Positions 62,855-64,000 of a stretch of 64,000 bases of DNA are shown here, piece by piece. Each line of letters starts with the position of its first letter. Position 1 is the stretch's first letter. Made by a program: the position numbers and the translations under genes. Source of the DNA: Chloroflexota bacterium (GTDB lineage Bacteria > Chloroflexota > UBA11872); contig OZ242271.1 in the NCBI GenBank assembly GCA_965207185.1, positions 1,856,806 to 1,920,805 on the forward strand, in the 5' to 3' direction. The notes below the pieces were generated by a model. That model saw only the letters and a list, made by a program, of their open reading frames with translations. It made no database searches and was not told the DNA's origin.

Positions 62855-64000
62855 TCAGCCGTCCAGGGGATAGTGGAAGCTCGCGTCGCCACCCCGCGTG
62901 AACGACCACGAGTCGTCATGGCCGTTGCAGCGCACGACCAGTCCCGGCGGCCCGTCGGCCGTGGTCGAACCCCATTCGACGGCGGTGTCGTCGCCGTAGA
63001 CGAAGACGGCGGCGCTCCAGAAAGCTTCGACCGCAACCTCCAAGATCAACGTGCTGCGCAGATCGCTGGCGGGATTCCCGGGTGAGCGCGCCGTGAGCAG
63101 ACGCGCCCCAGGCAGCGGCGCAAAGGCGATCGTGAGCACGGCGTCCGCAGCGTCGTCTACCGGCACGGCGAGCCGAAGCAAGGCGCCCGACTCCGCCGGC
63201 CATGCCAGGGTGTCGCTCAGATGGGCGTAGGCAACATTGCCGGGCAAGCTCGGCGCAACGCCCACGCTCGCCGGCCCGGTCGTGAGCGCTCCTTCGTGGT
63301 GGAACACCAGATGCGCCCTGCGCGGCCTCGGGGACTCCACCCGTGTCAGGACGATGAAATACCCATGGCGCGCCAGCACCACGCGACGAGCGTAGACGGC
63401 CGCGTAGGCCCCCTGCTCCCATAGAACCTGCGCGTCAGCGATTCCGAACGGATTTCCCGCCACGGGCCGAAAACGCAGAGCCTCGCCCGTCGCGCGAGGT
63501 TGCGCTTCACCGTCCAACACGACTGTCGAGTGGCTCAGCGTGTGCCGATACCATGAGGAGTTGATTGGGATCCCGTAGCCCGGCGTGCCCAGGTCGGCGC
63601 CCCAGCGCCGGCCGCCGCCGTAGATGCTGAGTGCCAGCTTGTCGGCGTGGCCGTGCCCGCCTCCATGCGGTCCATATTTCAGCAGCAGCTCGCCCGGAGC
63701 GCCGGCCGGAAGCTCCGGGCGCAGCACGGCAAAGCCACTGGCCGCCTCGTTGGACTCGACCAGCGGCAGCGACACTGTGTCCGGTACCTGGTCGGGCCCG
63801 TAGAGCAACGACTCCACGTTTGAGCGCGGCTTCGTGCGGTACGCGCGAGCCAGGACCGCCTCAAACTCCGGCGCTCCATAGGTGCCGGCAGCAATTTCGT
63901 AAAAGCCGGGACCGTTGGGAATGCCGTGGCCCACCTCGTCGGTGACACGCGAGTGGTACCAGCAGTCGTTGATGGCCGGCACATAGTCGTCCGGATAGGC
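62855..64000 (-). CDS. Heparinase II/III-like (alginate lyase-like) protein, C-terminal part; gene continues beyond window end
   Basis: GPHGGGHGHADKLALSIYGGG motif of the heparinase II/III family. The in-frame reading continues upstream of the track's M at 63982 to the window edge. Confidence 0.6.
   Translation of the reverse strand, partial: AYPDDYVPAINDCWYHSRVTDEVGHGIPNGPGFYEIAAGTYGAPEFEAVLARAYRTKPRSNVESLLYGPDQVPDTVSLPLVESNEAASGFAVLRPELPAGAPGELLLKYGPHGGGHGHADKLALSIYGGGRRWGADLGTPGYGIPINSSWYRHTLSHSTVVLDGEAQPRATGEALRFRPVAGNPFGIADAQVLWEQGAYAAVYARRVVLARHGYFIVLTRVESPRPRRAHLVFHHEGALTTGPASVGVAPSLPGNVAYAHLSDTLAWPAESGALLRLAVPVDDAADAVLTIAFAPLPGARLLTARSPGNPASDLRSTLILEVAVEAFWSAAVFVYGDDTAVEWGSTTADGPPGLVVRCNGHDDSWSFTRGGDASFHYPLDG

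Noticed and set aside
1-64000. CRISPR arrays, IS elements/transposases, rRNA genes
   Set aside because: No short spaced direct repeats apart from the coding repeats reported above. No transposase-like ORF. No rRNA-like conserved stretches.

Overview
High-GC (about 68-70%) bacterial chromosome segment, Chloroflexi/Actinobacteria-like in composition, about 85% coding. Many long antisense ORFs in the six-frame track are compositional artefacts. The track also counts GTG/TTG as Met, so several N-terminal extensions in it are not real. Core genes recognisable from sequence:
- a partial sulfatase, an MFS transporter, two SDR oxidoreductases and three Gfo/Idh/MocA oxidoreductases;
- a maleate-isomerase-like + hydantoinase A/B operon;
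- ftsY followed by a sugar nucleotidyltransferase, a GT4 glycosyltransferase and a cytochrome c lipoprotein;
- an alaX-like editing protein and ileS behind a T-box leader;
- two tandem ABC-2 permeases with their ATPase;
- a secreted plant-type LRR protein, a large radical-SAM protein, PhyH, RidA, a large polytopic membrane protein and a PmoA-like protein;
- a glmS-ftsB-dut-tilS-ftsH operon;
- a frameshifted S9 peptidase, a D-aminoacylase, two sugar ABC permeases and a partial heparinase II/III-like protein.
Two low-GC islands stand out:
- 11.8-14.9 kb: a frameshifted secreted Cys-containing protein, small membrane proteins, and two duplicated modules (small TM protein + about 150-aa membrane-anchored protein). 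None matches a family I recognise; this is the best candidate for an undescribed system, possibly toxin/bacteriocin-immunity-like.
- 16.2-18.2 kb: a convergent, overlapping Type II restriction-modification pair (PD-(D/E)xK nuclease + DPPY beta-class methyltransferase).
Other notable signals:
- a T-box riboswitch leader upstream of alaX-ileS;
- a conserved 55-nt element present twice;
- a tandem 340-bp duplication carrying two DUF1640-like genes;
- a 7x33-bp tandem repeat encoding an 11-mer repeat protein;
- two paralogous small N-terminal-TM coiled-coil proteins.
No rRNA, tRNA, CRISPR array or transposase was seen.
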